Under the pieces are notes generated by a model, which worked only from the letters and a program-made list of their open reading frames with translations, was not told the DNA's origin and did not search any database. From contig AP038806.1 in NCBI GenBank assembly GCA_047150005.1, forward strand, positions 2,816,001-2,880,000: a DNA stretch of 64,000 bases, given 5' to 3'. Below are positions 18,250-37,758 of this stretch, one piece after another (position 1 is the stretch's first letter; every line of letters begins with the position of its first letter). Position numbers and translations under genes: made by a program. The stretch comes from Nitrospira sp. (GTDB taxonomy: Bacteria; Nitrospirota; Nitrospiria; Nitrospirales; Nitrospiraceae).

Positions 18250-21200
18250 ATGTCCGAAACGACTCTACAAGAGTTCGTCGAGCGGAAAGACTTTTCCCGC
18301 ATCCGTACGAGCATCGATATTCCGGATCTCATCGAGATCCAGAAACGATCCTACGAAGAGTTTCTGCAATTCGAAGCGGAGGCTGAACGGCGAAAAGATC
18401 ATGGACTCCAGGCCGCCCTGGCCAGCGTGTTTCCGATCCCGGATTACAACAACACGGCCGTCCTGGAGTTCACCAGCTACACGCTCGGAATACCCAAGTA
18501 TGACGAACGGGAGTGCCTGGAGCAGGGTATGACCTTCGCCGTGCCGCTGAAGCTGCGCGTGCGACTCGTGGTTTTCGACAAGGAAGACAAGGGACCCAAG
18601 AAGAAGGTGCTGGATGTGCGCGAGCAGGAGGTCTACGTGGGCGAGCTTCCGCTCATGACGGAGCGGGGCACGTTCATCGTCAACGGGACCGAGCGGGTTG
18701 TCGTCAGCCAGTTGCACCGGTCGCCGGGCGCCTCGTTTACCCACGACAAGGGCCGGACTCACGCCAGCGGGAAAGTGCTCTACTCGGCAAGGATCATTCC
18801 CTATCGGGGCTCCTGGCTCGACTTCGAGTTTGACGCGCGTGACATTCTCTACGTGCGTATCGATCGCCGCCGCAAGATGCCGGCCACCATTCTTCTGAAG
18901 GCGTTCGGCTACTCCGGCGACGATCTGCTGAAAATGTACTATCCCGTGGAAGAGATTCGGGTGGTGAAGGGCAAGCTGATGCGGAAGCTGGATCCCGAGA
19001 TCCATCAGGGGCTTCGCTGTTCAGTGGAGTTGTCCGACAAGAGCGGAAAGGAGCCGCTGGTTCGGGAAGGCACCAAGTTGACCAAGGGTGTGATCGCCAA
19101 GCTCAAGGCCGCCGGGGTAAAGGAAATCCCGCTCTCGCCTTCTGAGCTGGTGGGACGCGCGGTGCTTACGGAGCTGCTGGACAGCAAGAAGAACAAGCTT
19201 GCGGAGAAGAATCAGCGGCTGACCGCCGAAGTCGTCGAGCGGATCCTGGAGGCCGAGATCGAGGAGTTCAAGGTCATCTACTTCGACACGGCCACCACGA
19301 CCCCGGTCATTCTCGACACGTTGGAAATGGAGCGCACGGGTTCCAAGGAGGAGGCGATGGTCGAAATCTATCGCCGGCTCCGTCCTGGTGAGACTCCGTC
19401 CGTCGAGACGGCCCGCGCCCTGTTCGACAATCTGTTCCTCAATTCGAAACGGTACGATCTCTCGCCGGTCGGCCGATTGAAGCTCAACAAGAAGCTAGGG
19501 CTCGATCTGCCGCTGGAGCAGCGCACGCTGACGGCCCAGGACATCGTCGAGGTCATCCGCTACCTGGTCAATCTCAAGATGGGCAAGGGCGAGATCGACG
19601 ATATCGACCATTTGGGCAATCGGCGGGTTCGGTCGGTCGGCGAATTGCTGGAAAATCAGTTCAGGCTCGGGCTGGTCCGCATGGAGCGCAGCATCAAGGA
19701 GCGCATGAACCTCCTGGATATGGAGACCGTTCTGCCCCATGACCTGATCAACGCCAAGCCGGTCGTGGCCGCCGTCAAGGAATTTTTCAGCAGCAGCCAG
19801 CTGTCGCAGTTCATGGATCAGACGAATCCGCTGGCGGAGATCACTCACAAGCGCCGTCTGTCGGCGCTGGGTCCCGGCGGTTTGACGCGGGAGCGGGCTG
19901 GGTTCGAGGTCCGCGACGTGCATCCCTCGCACTACAGCCGCATCTGTCCGATCGAAACCCCGGAAGGACCGAACATCGGCTTGATCACCTCCCTGGCCAC
20001 CTATGCCAGGATCAACCAATTCGGGTTCATCGAAGCTCCGTATCGGAGGGTCGAGAAAGGTCGCGTTACCGACCAGATCGAGTTCTTATCGGCCATCGAG
20101 GGCGACAAATACGTCATCGCTCAGGCCAACTCGAAGGTGGATGGCGGGGGGCGGCTGGTGTCCGAAACGGTATCCGCCCGGTCTGCGGGAGATTTCGTCA
20201 CGGCGACCCCCGACAAGATCGAATACATGGACGTTTCTCCCAAGCAGGTCGTCAGCGTGGCGACTGCCCTTGTGCCGTTCCTGGAGCACGATGACGCGAA
20301 CCGCGCGTTGATGGGGTCCAACATGCAGCGCCAAGCGGTACCGTTGTTGAAGGCGGAAGCCCCATTGGTGGGGACCGGCATGGAAGCGGTGGTGGCTCGG
20401 GATTCCGGCTACGTGGTCCAAGCCAGACGGTCCGGCGTCGTCGAAAGCGTCGATGCCACCCGAGTCGTCGTGCGCGCCGATGCCAAAGAGGGGCGGAAGC
20501 GGAACGATTCAGGACTTGACGTTTACGATATGATCAAGTTTCAGCGGTCGAATCAAAACACCTGCATCACCCAGACTCCGGTGGTGCGGATCGGGCAGCC
20601 CGTGAAGAAGGGCCAGGTGCTGGCCGACGGCCCGGCCATCGACCAGGGGGAACTGGCGCTCGGCAAGAACGTGCTGGTCGCGTTCATGCCCTGGGGCGGC
20701 TACAACTTCGAAGACGCCATCCTCCTGAGTGAGAAGCTGGTGCGCGAGGATGCGTTCACCTCGATTCACATCGAGGAGTTCGAGGTAGAGGCCCGCGACA
20801 CCAAGCTGGGGAAGGAAGATATCACGCGCGACATTCCGAACGTCGGCGAAGAGGCGCTGCGCAATCTCGACGAGAGCGGCATTATCCGGATCGGCGCGGA
20901 AGTGAAGCCTGGCGACATTCTGGTCGGCAAGGTGACGCCGAAAGGCGAGACGCAGCTGACTCCGGAAGAGAAGCTCCTCCGTGCCATCTTCGGCGAGAAG
21001 GCCGGAGATGTGAAGGACACGTCGTTGACCGTGCCTCCGGGTGTCGAGGGCATCATCGTCGACGTGAAGATTTTTTCACGCAAGGGGCTCGACAAAGACG
21101 AGCGCTCCAAGAGCATCGAGAGTGAAGATGCGATGAAGCTCCAGCGTGATCATCACGAGGAGCTGCGCATCATCGACGAGGAAAAGACCAAGAAAGTCAG

Positions 21201-22206
21201 GAAGCTGCTGTTGGGTAAAGTGGTCGGTCGCGACCTGATGGATCCCGAGAGCGGTGACGTCATTTTGAAGAAAAAAGGCAAGCTGACCGCGGAGATCCTC
21301 AAGCGGCTGCCCGACGACACGGTCCGGTACATCATCCTGAGTGATCCGGATGAGCAAAAGGAGCTCGAGGACGTCGAGCGCCGGGCCAAAGAGCAGATCG
21401 AGATTCTGCAGACGCTATACGACGAGAAGGTTGGGCGCCTGAAGCGGGGCGACGAGCTGCCGCCGGGCGTCATCAAGCTCGTCAAAGTCTACATTTCGAT
21501 GAAGCGCAAGATACAAGTCGGAGACAAGATGGCCGGCCGGCACGGCAATAAGGGTGTCGTGTCACGGGTCCTTCCCGAAGAGGACATGCCCTATTTGCCG
21601 GATGGGACGCCGGTGGAAATCGTCTTGAATCCGCTCGGTGTGCCTTCTCGTATGAATGTGGGACAGATTTTGGAGACTCACCTGGGCTGGGCCGCGAGGG
21701 CCTTGGGTATCAAGGTGGCGAGCCCCGTATTCGATGGTGCGTCGGAGAAGGAAATCAAAGACTTGCTGAAGAAGGCCAAGCTGCCGCCGAGCGGACAGAC
21801 CGTGCTCATGGACGGTCGGAGCGGCGAGCCATTCGGCAGTCCGGTCACAGTGGGCTACATGTATGTATTGAAGCTGCACCATCTGGTCGACGACAAGATT
21901 CACGCACGGTCGATCGGACCCTACTCGCTCGTGACACAGCAGCCGTTGGGCGGCAAGGCTCAGTTCGGCGGACAGCGGTTGGGCGAGATGGAGGTTTGGG
22001 CGCTGCAGGCCTATGGCGCGGCCTCCACGCTGCAGGAATTCCTGACCGTCAAGTCCGATGACGTGCCGGGCAGGTCGCGGATGTATGAAGCTGTCGTCAA
22101 AGGGGAGCCGTTCCTGGAGCCGGGCTTGCCCGAGTCGTTCAACGTGCTGGTCAAGGAGCTGCAAAGCCTCGGGCTGGACGTCGAGTTGGTCAAGACTCAA
22201 GACTAA
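18250..22206 (+). CDS. rpoB: RNA polymerase beta subunit
   Basis: [50 protein letters not shown] before ATG 18250. Confidence 0.99.
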   Translation: MSETTLQEFVERKDFSRIRTSIDIPDLIEIQKRSYEEFLQFEAEAERRKDHGLQAALASVFPIPDYNNTAVLEFTSYTLGIPKYDERECLEQGMTFAVPLKLRVRLVVFDKEDKGPKKKVLDVREQEVYVGELPLMTERGTFIVNGTERVVVSQLHRSPGASFTHDKGRTHASGKVLYSARIIPYRGSWLDFEFDARDILYVRIDRRRKMPATILLKAFGYSGDDLLKMYYPVEEIRVVKGKLMRKLDPEIHQGLRCSVELSDKSGKEPLVREGTKLTKGVIAKLKAAGVKEIPLSPSELVGRAVLTELLDSKKNKLAEKNQRLTAEVVERILEAEIEEFKVIYFDTATTTPVILDTLEMERTGSKEEAMVEIYRRLRPGETPSVETARALFDNLFLNSKRYDLSPVGRLKLNKKLGLDLPLEQRTLTAQDIVEVIRYLVNLKMGKGEIDDIDHLGNRRVRSVGELLENQFRLGLVRMERSIKERMNLLDMETVLPHDLINAKPVVAAVKEFFSSSQLSQFMDQTNPLAEITHKRRLSALGPGGLTRERAGFEVRDVHPSHYSRICPIETPEGPNIGLITSLATYARINQFGFIEAPYRRVEKGRVTDQIEFLSAIEGDKYVIAQANSKVDGGGRLVSETVSARSAGDFVTATPDKIEYMDVSPKQVVSVATALVPFLEHDDANRALMGSNMQRQAVPLLKAEAPLVGTGMEAVVARDSGYVVQARRSGVVESVDATRVVVRADAKEGRKRNDSGLDVYDMIKFQRSNQNTCITQTPVVRIGQPVKKGQVLADGPAIDQGELALGKNVLVAFMPWGGYNFEDAILLSEKLVREDAFTSIHIEEFEVEARDTKLGKEDITRDIPNVGEEALRNLDESGIIRIGAEVKPGDILVGKVTPKGETQLTPEEKLLRAIFGEKAGDVKDTSLTVPPGVEGIIVDVKIFSRKGLDKDERSKSIESEDAMKLQRDHHEELRIIDEEKTKKVRKLLLGKVVGRDLMDPESGDVILKKKGKLTAEILKRLPDDTVRYIILSDPDEQKELEDVERRAKEQIEILQTLYDEKVGRLKRGDELPPGVIKLVKVYISMKRKIQVGDKMAGRHGNKGVVSRVLPEEDMPYLPDGTPVEIVLNPLGVPSRMNVGQILETHLGWAARALGIKVASPVFDGASEKEIKDLLKKAKLPPSGQTVLMDGRSGEPFGSPVTVGYMYVLKLHHLVDDKIHARSIGPYSLVTQQPLGGKAQFGGQRLGEMEVWALQAYGAASTLQEFLTVKSDDVPGRSRMYEAVVKGEPFLEPGLPESFNVLVKELQSLGLDVELVKTQD

Positions 22207-22252
22207 CCACTTGTGTGCCGGGCATGTCCCGGCATCAGAGGAGGTCACTACC

Positions 22253-26434
<4,182 letters not shown>

Positions 26435-26460
26435 CGCCTGACGTCCGGTTCGAGCATGGC

Positions 26461-26489
26461 TTGACAGCATAAGGGTTGATCATTATAAT
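26461..26489 (+). promoter_or_regulatory. Perfect-consensus sigma70 promoter of the str operon
   Basis: TTGACA, 17 nt, TATAAT upstream of rpsL. Confidence 0.9.
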
Positions 26490-26557
26490 CCTCCGGCTTT
26501 GCCCTTGAAGTTCGGGGTCGAGCGGAAAATCAGCAGTTCAGATCAAGAGAGAGAGCA

Positions 26558-26929
26558 ATGCCGACGATCAATCAACTCGTGAGAAAGGGCCGGCAGCTGG
26601 CCCATGCCAAGACCAAGAGTCCCGCGCTCAAGGCCTGTCCGCAGAAACGCGGCGTGTGCCTCCGCGTCTACACGTCGACGCCGAAGAAGCCGAATTCCGC
26701 GCTTCGGAAAGTCGCCCGTGTTCGACTGACGAACGGGATGGAAGTGACGACGTACATTCCCGGAGTCGGTCATAACCTTCAAGAACATTCGATCGTGCTC
26801 GTGCGAGGCGGTCGCGTGAAGGATTTGCCGGGCGTGCGGTATCACATCGTGCGCGGTGCGCTCGACGCTGTCGGCGTTGCCGACCGAAAGCAAGGCCGCT
26901 CCAAGTACGGAGCCAAGCGTCCGAAGTAA
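26558..26929 (+). CDS. rpsL: 30S ribosomal protein S12
   Basis: [20 protein letters not shown]. Confidence 0.99.
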   Translation: MPTINQLVRKGRQLAHAKTKSPALKACPQKRGVCLRVYTSTPKKPNSALRKVARVRLTNGMEVTTYIPGVGHNLQEHSIVLVRGGRVKDLPGVRYHIVRGALDAVGVADRKQGRSKYGAKRPK

Positions 26930-26966
26930 TTTGATCCACCGAATCTGAGCAGAGAGAACGGAACGT

Positions 26967-27437
26967 ATGCCACGAAGCAGATTTTTGGGACAGCGAGAGC
27001 CGCTCCCGGACGTTCGATATCGCGACAAGATCGTCGGGAAATTTCTCAACATCCTGATGGAGAACGGCAAGAAGAGTACGGCGGAACGGATTTGTTACGG
27101 CGCGTTCGACGTGATCCAGGAGAAAACGAGCGGAGATCCCCTCAAGGTGTTCAAGGCGGCGATTGATAACGTGAAGCCGATCGTCGAAGTGAAGTCTCGA
27201 CGGGTCGGTGGCGCCTCGTATCAGGTGCCGGTCGAAATCCGCCCCGCTCGCCGGATGTCGTTGGCGCTACGTTGGTTGTCGGAGTATGCGCGGACGCGCG
27301 GCGGCAAGAGCATGCGGGAGAAGCTCGCGGCCGAACTGCTGGACGCATCCAACAATACAGGGGCCGCGGTAAAGAAGCGGGAAGACGTGCATCGCATGGC
27401 GGAGGCCAACAAGGCCTTCGCGCACTATCGCTGGTAA
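26967..27437 (+). CDS. rpsG: 30S ribosomal protein S7
   Basis: [25 protein letters not shown]. Confidence 0.99.
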   Translation: MPRSRFLGQREPLPDVRYRDKIVGKFLNILMENGKKSTAERICYGAFDVIQEKTSGDPLKVFKAAIDNVKPIVEVKSRRVGGASYQVPVEIRPARRMSLALRWLSEYARTRGGKSMREKLAAELLDASNNTGAAVKKREDVHRMAEANKAFAHYRW

Positions 27438-27548
27438 CGTCATTCTGTGCTGCAGTTGGGCCGTGCTGCGATCCGCAGACGCGGGGTGCCCCTGAATCGC
27501 AGCTTTCACCGGCTCAATCTGCAGCACGTGTATTTTTAGGGGTTAAAC

Positions 27549-29630
<2,082 letters not shown>

Positions 29631-29666
29631 TTTCGGCGGTCACAGAAGTCGTAGGGAGGATTCGGT

Positions 29667-30872
<1,206 letters not shown>

Positions 30873-30896
30873 CGAGCGGGAAGGGTAGGGGTTGGC

Positions 30897-31211
30897 ATGG
30901 TGAAGGTCGATCAAAGAATCAGAATCAGGTTGCGCGGGTTTGACTACCGCGTGCTAGATCAATCTGTGGCGGAAATCGTCGAAACGGTTCGTCGCAGCGG
31001 CGCAAAAATCGTGGGCCCGATCCCGTTGCCGACGCGGATCGAGAAATTCACGGTGCAGCGCGCCACCCACGCCGACAAGAAGGCGCGCGAGCAATTTGAA
31101 ATTCGCACGCACAAGCGTCTCATGGATATTATGGAGCCGACGCCGGAAACCATGGATTCCTTGATGAAGCTGAATTTGGCTGCCGGCGTGGACGTAGAAA
31201 TAAAGTTATGA
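30897..31211 (+). CDS. rpsJ: 30S ribosomal protein S10
   Basis: [28 protein letters not shown]. Confidence 0.98.
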   Translation: MVKVDQRIRIRLRGFDYRVLDQSVAEIVETVRRSGAKIVGPIPLPTRIEKFTVQRATHADKKAREQFEIRTHKRLMDIMEPTPETMDSLMKLNLAAGVDVEIKL

Positions 31212-31279
31212 GTTCTGAGCGCTCAGTGCTGAGTTCAGGATGATGCAAGTCTCAGCACTCAGAACTCGGCACTCAGGAC
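31205..31279. repeat. Inverted heptamer-array element C (GTGCTGA type)
   Basis: GTTATGA GTTCTGA GCGCTCA GTGCTGA ... TCAGCAC TCAGAAC TCGGCAC TCAGGAC. Confidence 0.85.
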
Positions 31280-31289
31280 TGGATGAAAT

Positions 31290-31910
31290 ATGACGAACGG
31301 ATTGCTCGGAAAAAAACTCGGAATGACACAGGTCTTCGATGAGAGTCAGCTGGTTCCGGTGACGGTGATCAGCGCGGGGCCTTGTCGGGTCGTGACGGTG
31401 AAGACGAAAGAGCGAGACGGATACGAGGCGGTGCAGCTGTCTTATGGCGATGCGAAAGAGCGCCTCATGTCCAAGGCGGAGCTGGGTCATCTCAAGAAGC
31501 ATGAGGCGCCCGCCAGCCGGACGCTCAAAGAATTCAAGAAGACCGGCGATGTGGCGATCGGTCAGACGATCAAGGTGGATATTTTCAAGAAGGGTGACTG
31601 GGTCGACGTGATCGGCGTGTCCAAAGGAAAGGGCTTTCAGGGAGTCGTGCGCCGTCATCATTACTCCGGAGGACCGGAGTCGCACGGGTCCATGTTCCAT
31701 CGGGCCCCGGGGTCGATCGGCGCCAGCTCATTTCCTTCCCGCGTGTGGAAAGGGAAGACGTTACCTGGACACATGGGCGCGGAGCGAGTGACCACGCAGC
31801 GGCTGAAGGTCGTCGAGTCGCGACCGGAAGAGAATCTCCTGTTTGTGCGCGGGGCTGTTCCCGGCGCCGCAAATGGGTTGCTCGTGGTCAGAAAGTCGAA
31901 GAAGGGATAG
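31290..31910 (+). CDS. rplC: 50S ribosomal protein L3
   Basis: GKKLGMTQVF, SKGKGFQG, HRAPGSIG. Confidence 0.98.
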   Translation: MTNGLLGKKLGMTQVFDESQLVPVTVISAGPCRVVTVKTKERDGYEAVQLSYGDAKERLMSKAELGHLKKHEAPASRTLKEFKKTGDVAIGQTIKVDIFKKGDWVDVIGVSKGKGFQGVVRRHHYSGGPESHGSMFHRAPGSIGASSFPSRVWKGKTLPGHMGAERVTTQRLKVVESRPEENLLFVRGAVPGAANGLLVVRKSKKG

Positions 31911-31913
31911 GAC

Positions 31914-32537
31914 ATGCCGACGGTCGACGTCATTGATGTGAACAGGCGCAAAGTAGGTTCCGCCGAGCTTCCCGCCGAAGTGTTCGGCTGCCAGCCGCAT
32001 GCAGCGCTGGTACATGAAGCGGTCGTGATGCAGCGTGCCTGTGAGCGGCAGGGTACGGCCTCCACGCTTCGGCGCGGAGAGGTCAGCGGATCGGGCAAGA
32101 AGCCGTGGAAGCAGAAGCATACCGGCAGGGCCCGCGCCGGGTCCTTGCGGTCTCCGGTGTGGAGACACGGGGGATCGGTGTTCGGTCCCAAGCCGAGGAG
32201 CTACGCGTTCAGCATGCCGAAGAAAAAATACCGTGCGGCGTTGCAGAGTGCGCTGTCGGCGAAGGTGGCGGGCGGGCAGGTCGTGGTCATGTCCGATCTT
32301 TCTCTGGCACAGCCCAAGACGAAATTGTTGGCCAAAACCTTGGGCCAGTTCGGGAACGGCGTCCATATCCTCATCGTTGCGGGAGAAGGCCACACAGGGC
32401 TCGTTCAGGCTGCTCGAAACCTTCCGACCGTCGCAGTCGTGGCGCCTGATCGGTTGAATGTCTACGACGTAGTGCGTGCCGGGACCATCGTCATTCCCGA
32501 ACGGGAGCTGGCTCGTGTGAAGGAGGTCTGGGCATGA
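31914..32537 (+). CDS. rplD: 50S ribosomal protein L4
   Basis: GKKPWKQKHTGRARAGS, FGPKPRSY. Confidence 0.98.
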   Translation: MPTVDVIDVNRRKVGSAELPAEVFGCQPHAALVHEAVVMQRACERQGTASTLRRGEVSGSGKKPWKQKHTGRARAGSLRSPVWRHGGSVFGPKPRSYAFSMPKKKYRAALQSALSAKVAGGQVVVMSDLSLAQPKTKLLAKTLGQFGNGVHILIVAGEGHTGLVQAARNLPTVAVVAPDRLNVYDVVRAGTIVIPERELARVKEVWA

Positions 32538-32827
32538 GATTGGATCTTCATCACGTGCTGATTCAGCCGCTCCTGACGGAAAAGGTGACGGCGATGCGTG
32601 AATCGAACAATACGGTCAGCTTCCTCGTACATCCGGGAGCCAATCGGGTGCAAATCAAGCAGGCGGTTGAGACTTTGCTCAAGGTGAAGGTCGAGCGGGT
32701 GAATGTGCTCAACGTGCAGGGCAAGATCAAGCGCCTGGGGCGGTTCTCCGGAAAGCGTTCGGACTGGAAGAAGGCTTTCGTCAAACTGAAGCAAGGCGAA
32801 AAGCTCGAGCTGTACGAGAGTGCATAG
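32534..32827 (+). CDS. rplW: 50S ribosomal protein L23
   Basis: PLLTEK, IKQAVE, WKKAFVKL. Confidence 0.98.
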   Translation: MRLDLHHVLIQPLLTEKVTAMRESNNTVSFLVHPGANRVQIKQAVETLLKVKVERVNVLNVQGKIKRLGRFSGKRSDWKKAFVKLKQGEKLELYESA

Positions 32828-32845
32828 AAGAGGAAAGACACGTCC

Positions 32846-33688
32846 ATGGGGTTGAAAGCCTATAAACCGACAACATCAGGGCGCCGCGGGATGTCCGTGG
32901 TGACCACCGAAGAATTAGCCGGCAAGAGACCTGAAAAGTCGCTGACGTCGTTTCACCACCGGAGCGGTGGGCGCAACAACGACGGGCGAACGACCGTCCG
33001 CTTTCGCGGCGCCGGGCATCGGCGGCTGTATCGGAAAATCGATTTTCGCCGGGACAAGGTGGGCATCGCCGCCAAGGTTGCGGCGTTGGAGTATGATCCC
33101 AACCGTTCGGCCCGCATCGCCCTGCTCAATTATCGCGACGGGGAGAAGCGCTACATTCTCGCTCCGGTCGGCCTGCAGGTTGGCGATGTGTTGCAATCAG
33201 GTGCCGATGCTGAGGTGCGTACGGGGAATGCGCTCCCTTTGGCGAACATGCCGCTGGGGACCACGATCCACAATATCGAGCTTAAGCCGGGCAAGGGCGG
33301 ACAACTGATCCGCAGCGCCGGTGGATTCGCGCAAGTGATGGGCCGGGACGGCGACTACGTGCAGGTGCGACTGAAGTCGGGCGAGATGCGAAGAATTCTT
33401 GCGTCCTGCATGGCCACCGTCGGACAGGTAGGAAATCTGGATCACGAAAATATCAATGTGGGGAAAGCCGGCCGCTCTCGCTGGATGGGACGTCGCCCGC
33501 ACGTGCGTGGCGTCGTCATGAATCCGGTCGATCATCCGCACGGCGGCGGTGAAGGCAAGTCCGGTCAAGGAAATCCGCATCCGGTCTCACCGTGGGGTCT
33601 GCCGACGAAGGGGTACAAGACCCGGAACAACAAGGCGACGGACAAGTACATCATCGCCCGACGCAAGTCAGGAGTGCGCAATGCCTAG
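32846..33688 (+). CDS. rplB: 50S ribosomal protein L2
   Basis: [25 protein letters not shown]. Confidence 0.99.
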   Translation: MGLKAYKPTTSGRRGMSVVTTEELAGKRPEKSLTSFHHRSGGRNNDGRTTVRFRGAGHRRLYRKIDFRRDKVGIAAKVAALEYDPNRSARIALLNYRDGEKRYILAPVGLQVGDVLQSGADAEVRTGNALPLANMPLGTTIHNIELKPGKGGQLIRSAGGFAQVMGRDGDYVQVRLKSGEMRRILASCMATVGQVGNLDHENINVGKAGRSRWMGRRPHVRGVVMNPVDHPHGGGEGKSGQGNPHPVSPWGLPTKGYKTRNNKATDKYIIARRKSGVRNA

Positions 33689-33968
33689 ATCGGTTAGCAA
33701 GGGGCCGTTTGTTGACGAGCATCTGCTCAAGAAAGTGGAGCAGATGAATCAGACCAAGGACCGGAAAATCATCAAGACGTGGTCGCGCCGCTCCACCGTC
33801 GTTCCGGACATGATCGGGCACACTTTTGCGGTGCATAACGGCAAGAAGTTCATTCCCGTCTTTGTCACTGAAAATATGGTGGGCCACAAACTCGGTGAGT
33901 TCGCCCCCACCCGTTTCTTCAAAGGACACGGACAGGCTAAGACGGAAAAAGCGGTCGCCTTGAAATAG
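33681..33968 (+). CDS. rpsS: 30S ribosomal protein S19
   Basis: [30 protein letters not shown]. Confidence 0.98.
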   Translation: MPRSVSKGPFVDEHLLKKVEQMNQTKDRKIIKTWSRRSTVVPDMIGHTFAVHNGKKFIPVFVTENMVGHKLGEFAPTRFFKGHGQAKTEKAVALK

Positions 33969-33992
33969 GGCATGATCAGGTAAGGATTAGAC

Positions 33993-34343
33993 ATGGCAGA
34001 AGCACGAGCGGTACTGAGATTTGTTCGCGTGGCTCCACGGAAGGCCCGTCCCGTCGTCGACATGATTCGCGGGCAGCAAGTGCCCATGGCCTTGGCGATG
34101 CTCAAGCATCTGCCCCGTCATGCGGCGCGCGTCATCGAGAAGGTGCTCCGTTCCGCCGTCGCCAACGCCGAGCAAAAGGAATTGGGGGACAGCGACTCCA
34201 TGCGTGTCTCTAAGGCATTCGTGAATTGCGGGCCGACCTATAAGCGGTTCCGCGCCCGATCGATGGGGCGGGCGAATGCCATTCAAAAGCGGACGAGTCA
34301 TATCACGGTCGTCGTGGAGGCGTCGGGCCTCACGGGGAAGTAA
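33993..34343 (+). CDS. rplV: 50S ribosomal protein L22
   Basis: [23 protein letters not shown]. Confidence 0.98.
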   Translation: MAEARAVLRFVRVAPRKARPVVDMIRGQQVPMALAMLKHLPRHAARVIEKVLRSAVANAEQKELGDSDSMRVSKAFVNCGPTYKRFRARSMGRANAIQKRTSHITVVVEASGLTGK

Positions 34344-34390
34344 CGCGCATCGCGGCCGATCGGCCGCGGCAGAATCGGGGGACAGATCGT

Positions 34391-35062
34391 ATGGGGCAAA
34401 AAACGCATCCAATCGGCTACCGACTCGGATACAACTACACGTGGAGTTCGCGATGGTATGCCGAGAAAGACTACGCCAAGCTGCTGCATCAGGACATCAA
34501 GATCCGCAAGATCGTGAAGCAGAAACTCTTCCACGCCGGCGTGGCCAAGGTGGAGATTGAGCGGTCGGGCGATCAGACGCGGGTCATCATCCATACGGCC
34601 CGTCCCGGAATCATCATCGGTCGCAAGGGCGCCGAGGTCGACAAGCTGAAGGCTGAGCTGGAGAAGCAGTATGGTGGGCAAGTGTATATCACGGTCAAGG
34701 AAATTAAGAAGCCCGAGCTGGATGCGCAACTGGTCAGTGAAAACGTGGCGACCCAGTTGGAAAAACGCGTCGCGTTTCGCCGCGCGATGAAGCGAAGCGT
34801 GCAGTCGGCGCTGCGCCTCGGTGCGCAGGGAATCAAGATCATGATCGCCGGCCGCTTGGGCGGCGCTGAAATTGCGCGGACTGAGTGGTACCGCGAAGGG
34901 CGTGTACCTCTGCATACGCTGCGGGCGGAGGTCGATTATGGATTTGCGGAAGCCCACACGACGATGGGACAGATCGGCGTGAAAACGTGGATCTACAAAG
35001 GGGAAATTCTTCCCGCGCAGCCGCTCAAGCCGGAATCGGCCTTTGAGCGTCGACTGGCATAA
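34391..35062 (+). CDS. rpsC: 30S ribosomal protein S3
   Basis: [34 protein letters not shown]. Confidence 0.99.
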   Translation: MGQKTHPIGYRLGYNYTWSSRWYAEKDYAKLLHQDIKIRKIVKQKLFHAGVAKVEIERSGDQTRVIIHTARPGIIIGRKGAEVDKLKAELEKQYGGQVYITVKEIKKPELDAQLVSENVATQLEKRVAFRRAMKRSVQSALRLGAQGIKIMIAGRLGGAEIARTEWYREGRVPLHTLRAEVDYGFAEAHTTMGQIGVKTWIYKGEILPAQPLKPESAFERRLA

Positions 35063-35076
35063 GTTAAGAGGCGAAC

Positions 35077-35490
35077 GTGCTGGCACCGAAAAAAGTCAAG
35101 TTTCGAAAGATGATGAAAGGCCGTATGCGAGGCAAGGCCTACCGAGGCGGGAATGTCACACTCGGGGAGTTCGGGTTGAAAGCGCTGGAGCCGGGTTGGG
35201 TGACCAGCCGGCAGATCGAGGCGGCTCGCATCGCCATCACCCGGTATGTGAAGCGGGGCGGGCAGGTGTGGACCAGGATTTTCCCCGACAAGCCGATCAC
35301 GAAGAAGCCGGCCGAAACCCGTATGGGCAAGGGCAAGGGCAATCCGGAATATTGGGTGGCGGTGGTCAAGCCCGGCCGGATTCTCTATGAGATGGGCGGG
35401 GTCACACCGGAGATCGCCAATGAAGCATTTCGTTTGGCCGCGCACAAGCTGCCGATCGCGACCAAGTGTGTGGCACGCGGAGAGTTTTAG
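35077..35490 (+). CDS. rplP: 50S ribosomal protein L16
   Basis: [16 protein letters not shown]. Confidence 0.99.
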   Translation: MLAPKKVKFRKMMKGRMRGKAYRGGNVTLGEFGLKALEPGWVTSRQIEAARIAITRYVKRGGQVWTRIFPDKPITKKPAETRMGKGKGNPEYWVAVVKPGRILYEMGGVTPEIANEAFRLAAHKLPIATKCVARGEF

Positions 35491-35521
35491 GGAGCGTTGA
35501 GTTCAGGAGAAGGGCGGGAGC

Positions 35522-35734
35522 GTGATGGATCTCAAAGAATTGAAGCAATTGACTGCGCCTGAGCTGTCGGAGAAGGCCAAGGAATTGACGCAAGAGCTGT
35601 TCAACCTGCGCTTTCAGCTGGGGACCGGACGGCTGGAAAACCCGATGCAGATCCGGAAAACGAAGCGAACGATCGCGCAGGTGAAGACCCTCCTGCGTGA
35701 GACGGAGCGAGTGAGCCAAAAGGCAGGCTCGTAA
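35522..35734 (+). CDS. rpmC: 50S ribosomal protein L29
   Basis: [21 protein letters not shown]; start may be ATG 35525. Confidence 0.97.
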   Translation: MMDLKELKQLTAPELSEKAKELTQELFNLRFQLGTGRLENPMQIRKTKRTIAQVKTLLRETERVSQKAGS

Positions 35735-35754
35735 AGGGGAAATAGGTACGCACT

Positions 35755-36021
35755 ATGGCAGAGACGGGCGTCAAGAGGCGTGAATGGATCGGACGGGTTC
35801 TCAGCAACAAGATGAACAAGACCGTCGTCGTGGCGGTGGAACGGTCGGTCGTCCACCCCATCTATCGAAAAGTCTTGCGGCGGATCACCAAGTTGAAGGC
35901 CCACGACGAGCAGAATGCGTGCGGGGTTGGCGACCGGGTCCGGATGATCGAAACCCGACCCATCAGTAAAGAGAAGCATTGGCGTGTGGTTGAGGTGTTG
36001 GAAAAAGGGCGCGGCGAGTAA
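35755..36021 (+). CDS. rpsQ: 30S ribosomal protein S17
   Basis: [26 protein letters not shown]. Confidence 0.98.
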   Translation: MAETGVKRREWIGRVLSNKMNKTVVVAVERSVVHPIYRKVLRRITKLKAHDEQNACGVGDRVRMIETRPISKEKHWRVVEVLEKGRGE

Positions 36022-36056
36022 CTCGCTCGTGCACGACGACAAGGAACGAGTCAGAC

Positions 36057-36425
36057 ATGATTCAGAACTATACCTACATGGATGTGGCCGACAACTCGGG
36101 GGCGAAGCAGGCCATGTGCTTCCATGTTCTCGGCGGCTCGAAACGCCGATACGCCTCCCTGGGAGACATCGTCGTCGTGGCCGTCAAGGAAGCGATTCCT
36201 CAGGCGACCGTCAAGAAAGGGGACGTCAGTCGCGCTGTGATCGTGCGCACGACGAAAGAAGTCCGGCGTGAAGACGGGTCCTACATCAAGTTCGACCGGA
36301 ATGCGTGCGTACTGATCAACAAAGAAGGAGAGCCCGTCGGCACTCGCATCTTCGGACCGGTCGCCCGCGAACTCCGATGGAAAAAGTTCATGAAGATTAT
36401 TTCTCTTGCTCCGGAAGTCCTGTAA
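36057..36425 (+). CDS. rplN: 50S ribosomal protein L14
   Basis: [28 protein letters not shown]. Confidence 0.99.
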   Translation: MIQNYTYMDVADNSGAKQAMCFHVLGGSKRRYASLGDIVVVAVKEAIPQATVKKGDVSRAVIVRTTKEVRREDGSYIKFDRNACVLINKEGEPVGTRIFGPVARELRWKKFMKIISLAPEVL

Positions 36426-36450
36426 GCCGGATCGCGACATAGGAGTAGAC

Positions 36451-36780
36451 GTGGAAGCGTTACAGAAAGTTCGAATCCGCAAGGGCGACACCGTGGTGAT
36501 CATCGCAGGTCGCGACCGGGGGAAATCAGGGAAGGTGTTGTCGGTCGACCGGTCGAAGGGCAAGCTCGTGGTCGAGAAGATCAACATGATCAAGCGCCAC
36601 ACCAAACCGAATCAGAAGGTGAAGCAGGGCGGTATTCTCGAACGGGAAGCGCCGCTGGCGGTTTCCAACGTGATGTTTTTGTGCCCGGTCACCCAGAAGC
36701 CGACGCGGCTCGGCGTGCGGGTGCAGGCCGACGGCAAACGTGTCCGCTTCAGCAAGAAATCCAAGGACGTAGTGGAATAA
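36451..36780 (+). CDS. rplX: 50S ribosomal protein L24
   Basis: [24 protein letters not shown] motif; GTG after AGGAG. Confidence 0.97.
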   Translation: MEALQKVRIRKGDTVVIIAGRDRGKSGKVLSVDRSKGKLVVEKINMIKRHTKPNQKVKQGGILEREAPLAVSNVMFLCPVTQKPTRLGVRVQADGKRVRFSKKSKDVVE

Positions 36781-36797
36781 AGGCAAAGGGAAGGCAC

Positions 36798-37457
36798 ATG
36801 GCGGACGCGAAAGATCCAAAGAAGGCAAAAGGCGCGAAACCGGCTGGGCGCGCATCGAAGAAGGACGGTGCGGCGGCTCCTCAAGCGCTTGACGATGGGA
36901 GTGAAGAATTCAAATTCAGTCCCCGCCTGCGCGACATGTATCGCGAACAGGTCATTCCAGCCCTCATGAAGGAGTTCGGATACAAGAACCTGATGCAGGT
37001 GCCGAAGCTCGAGCGGATCGTGCTGAACGTCGGGATGAGTGAGGCCACCCAGAATGTGAAGCTGCTCGAGAGCGCGGCGACCGAGCTGGGGATGATTACC
37101 GGGCAGAAACCGATCATCACCAAAGCCAAGAAGGCGATTGCTGGCTTCAAGTTGCGGCAAGGAATGCCGATCGGAACCAAAGTGACGCTGCGGAACCGCC
37201 GGATGTACGAATTTTTCGATCGACTGGTGACCTTGGCGCTGCCCCGGATCCGAGACTTTCGGGGCGTATCGCCCAAGGCGTTCGACGGACGCGGCAACTA
37301 CACGCTCGGTCTCAAGGAACAGTTGATTTTCCCCGAGATCAAGTATGACGAGGTGGCCTCGATCCACGGCATGGACATCACCATCGTGACGACGGCCCGC
37401 ACCAACGACGAAGGTAAGGCCTTGCTGCGGCAGTTGGGGATGCCCTTCCGGACCTAA
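36798..37457 (+). CDS. rplE: 50S ribosomal protein L5 (with N-terminal extension)
   Basis: [26 protein letters not shown]. Confidence 0.98.
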   Translation: MADAKDPKKAKGAKPAGRASKKDGAAAPQALDDGSEEFKFSPRLRDMYREQVIPALMKEFGYKNLMQVPKLERIVLNVGMSEATQNVKLLESAATELGMITGQKPIITKAKKAIAGFKLRQGMPIGTKVTLRNRRMYEFFDRLVTLALPRIRDFRGVSPKAFDGRGNYTLGLKEQLIFPEIKYDEVASIHGMDITIVTTARTNDEGKALLRQLGMPFRT

Positions 37458-37478
37458 CGTGTAACGAAGGAGCCGATT

Positions 37479-37664
37479 GTGTCGAGATTAGCCCTGCGGA
37501 ACAAATGTGCGAAGAAGCCGAAGTTTTCCACGCGCGCGTATCATCGTTGCGGGATCTGCGGGCGCGTGCACGGATTTTTGCGTCGCTTTAGAATGTGCAG
37601 AATCTGTTTCCGCCTGCTGAGCCTGAAAGGGGAAATTCCTGGAGTCAGGAAGGCCAGTTGGTGA
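37479..37664 (+). CDS. rpsN: 30S ribosomal protein S14, short Zn-binding type
   Basis: RCGICGR...[18 protein letters not shown]; 61 aa. Confidence 0.97.
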   Translation: MSRLALRNKCAKKPKFSTRAYHRCGICGRVHGFLRRFRMCRICFRLLSLKGEIPGVRKASW

Positions 37665-37758
37665 TGCGGCGGCCGCGGCATATGACGTAATCGGCCGCAT
37701 TGGCCGAGCAGTGCAAGGCAATACAACGACGGGTGTGAAGGGAGTCTGAAGGGAGTCT

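Noticed and set aside
19790..19880. Rifampicin-resistance allele in rpoB (LAEITH) or streptomycin allele in rpsL
   Set aside because: Key Asp, His and Ser positions and rpsL Lys residues are wild-type-like; the Ala variant is common
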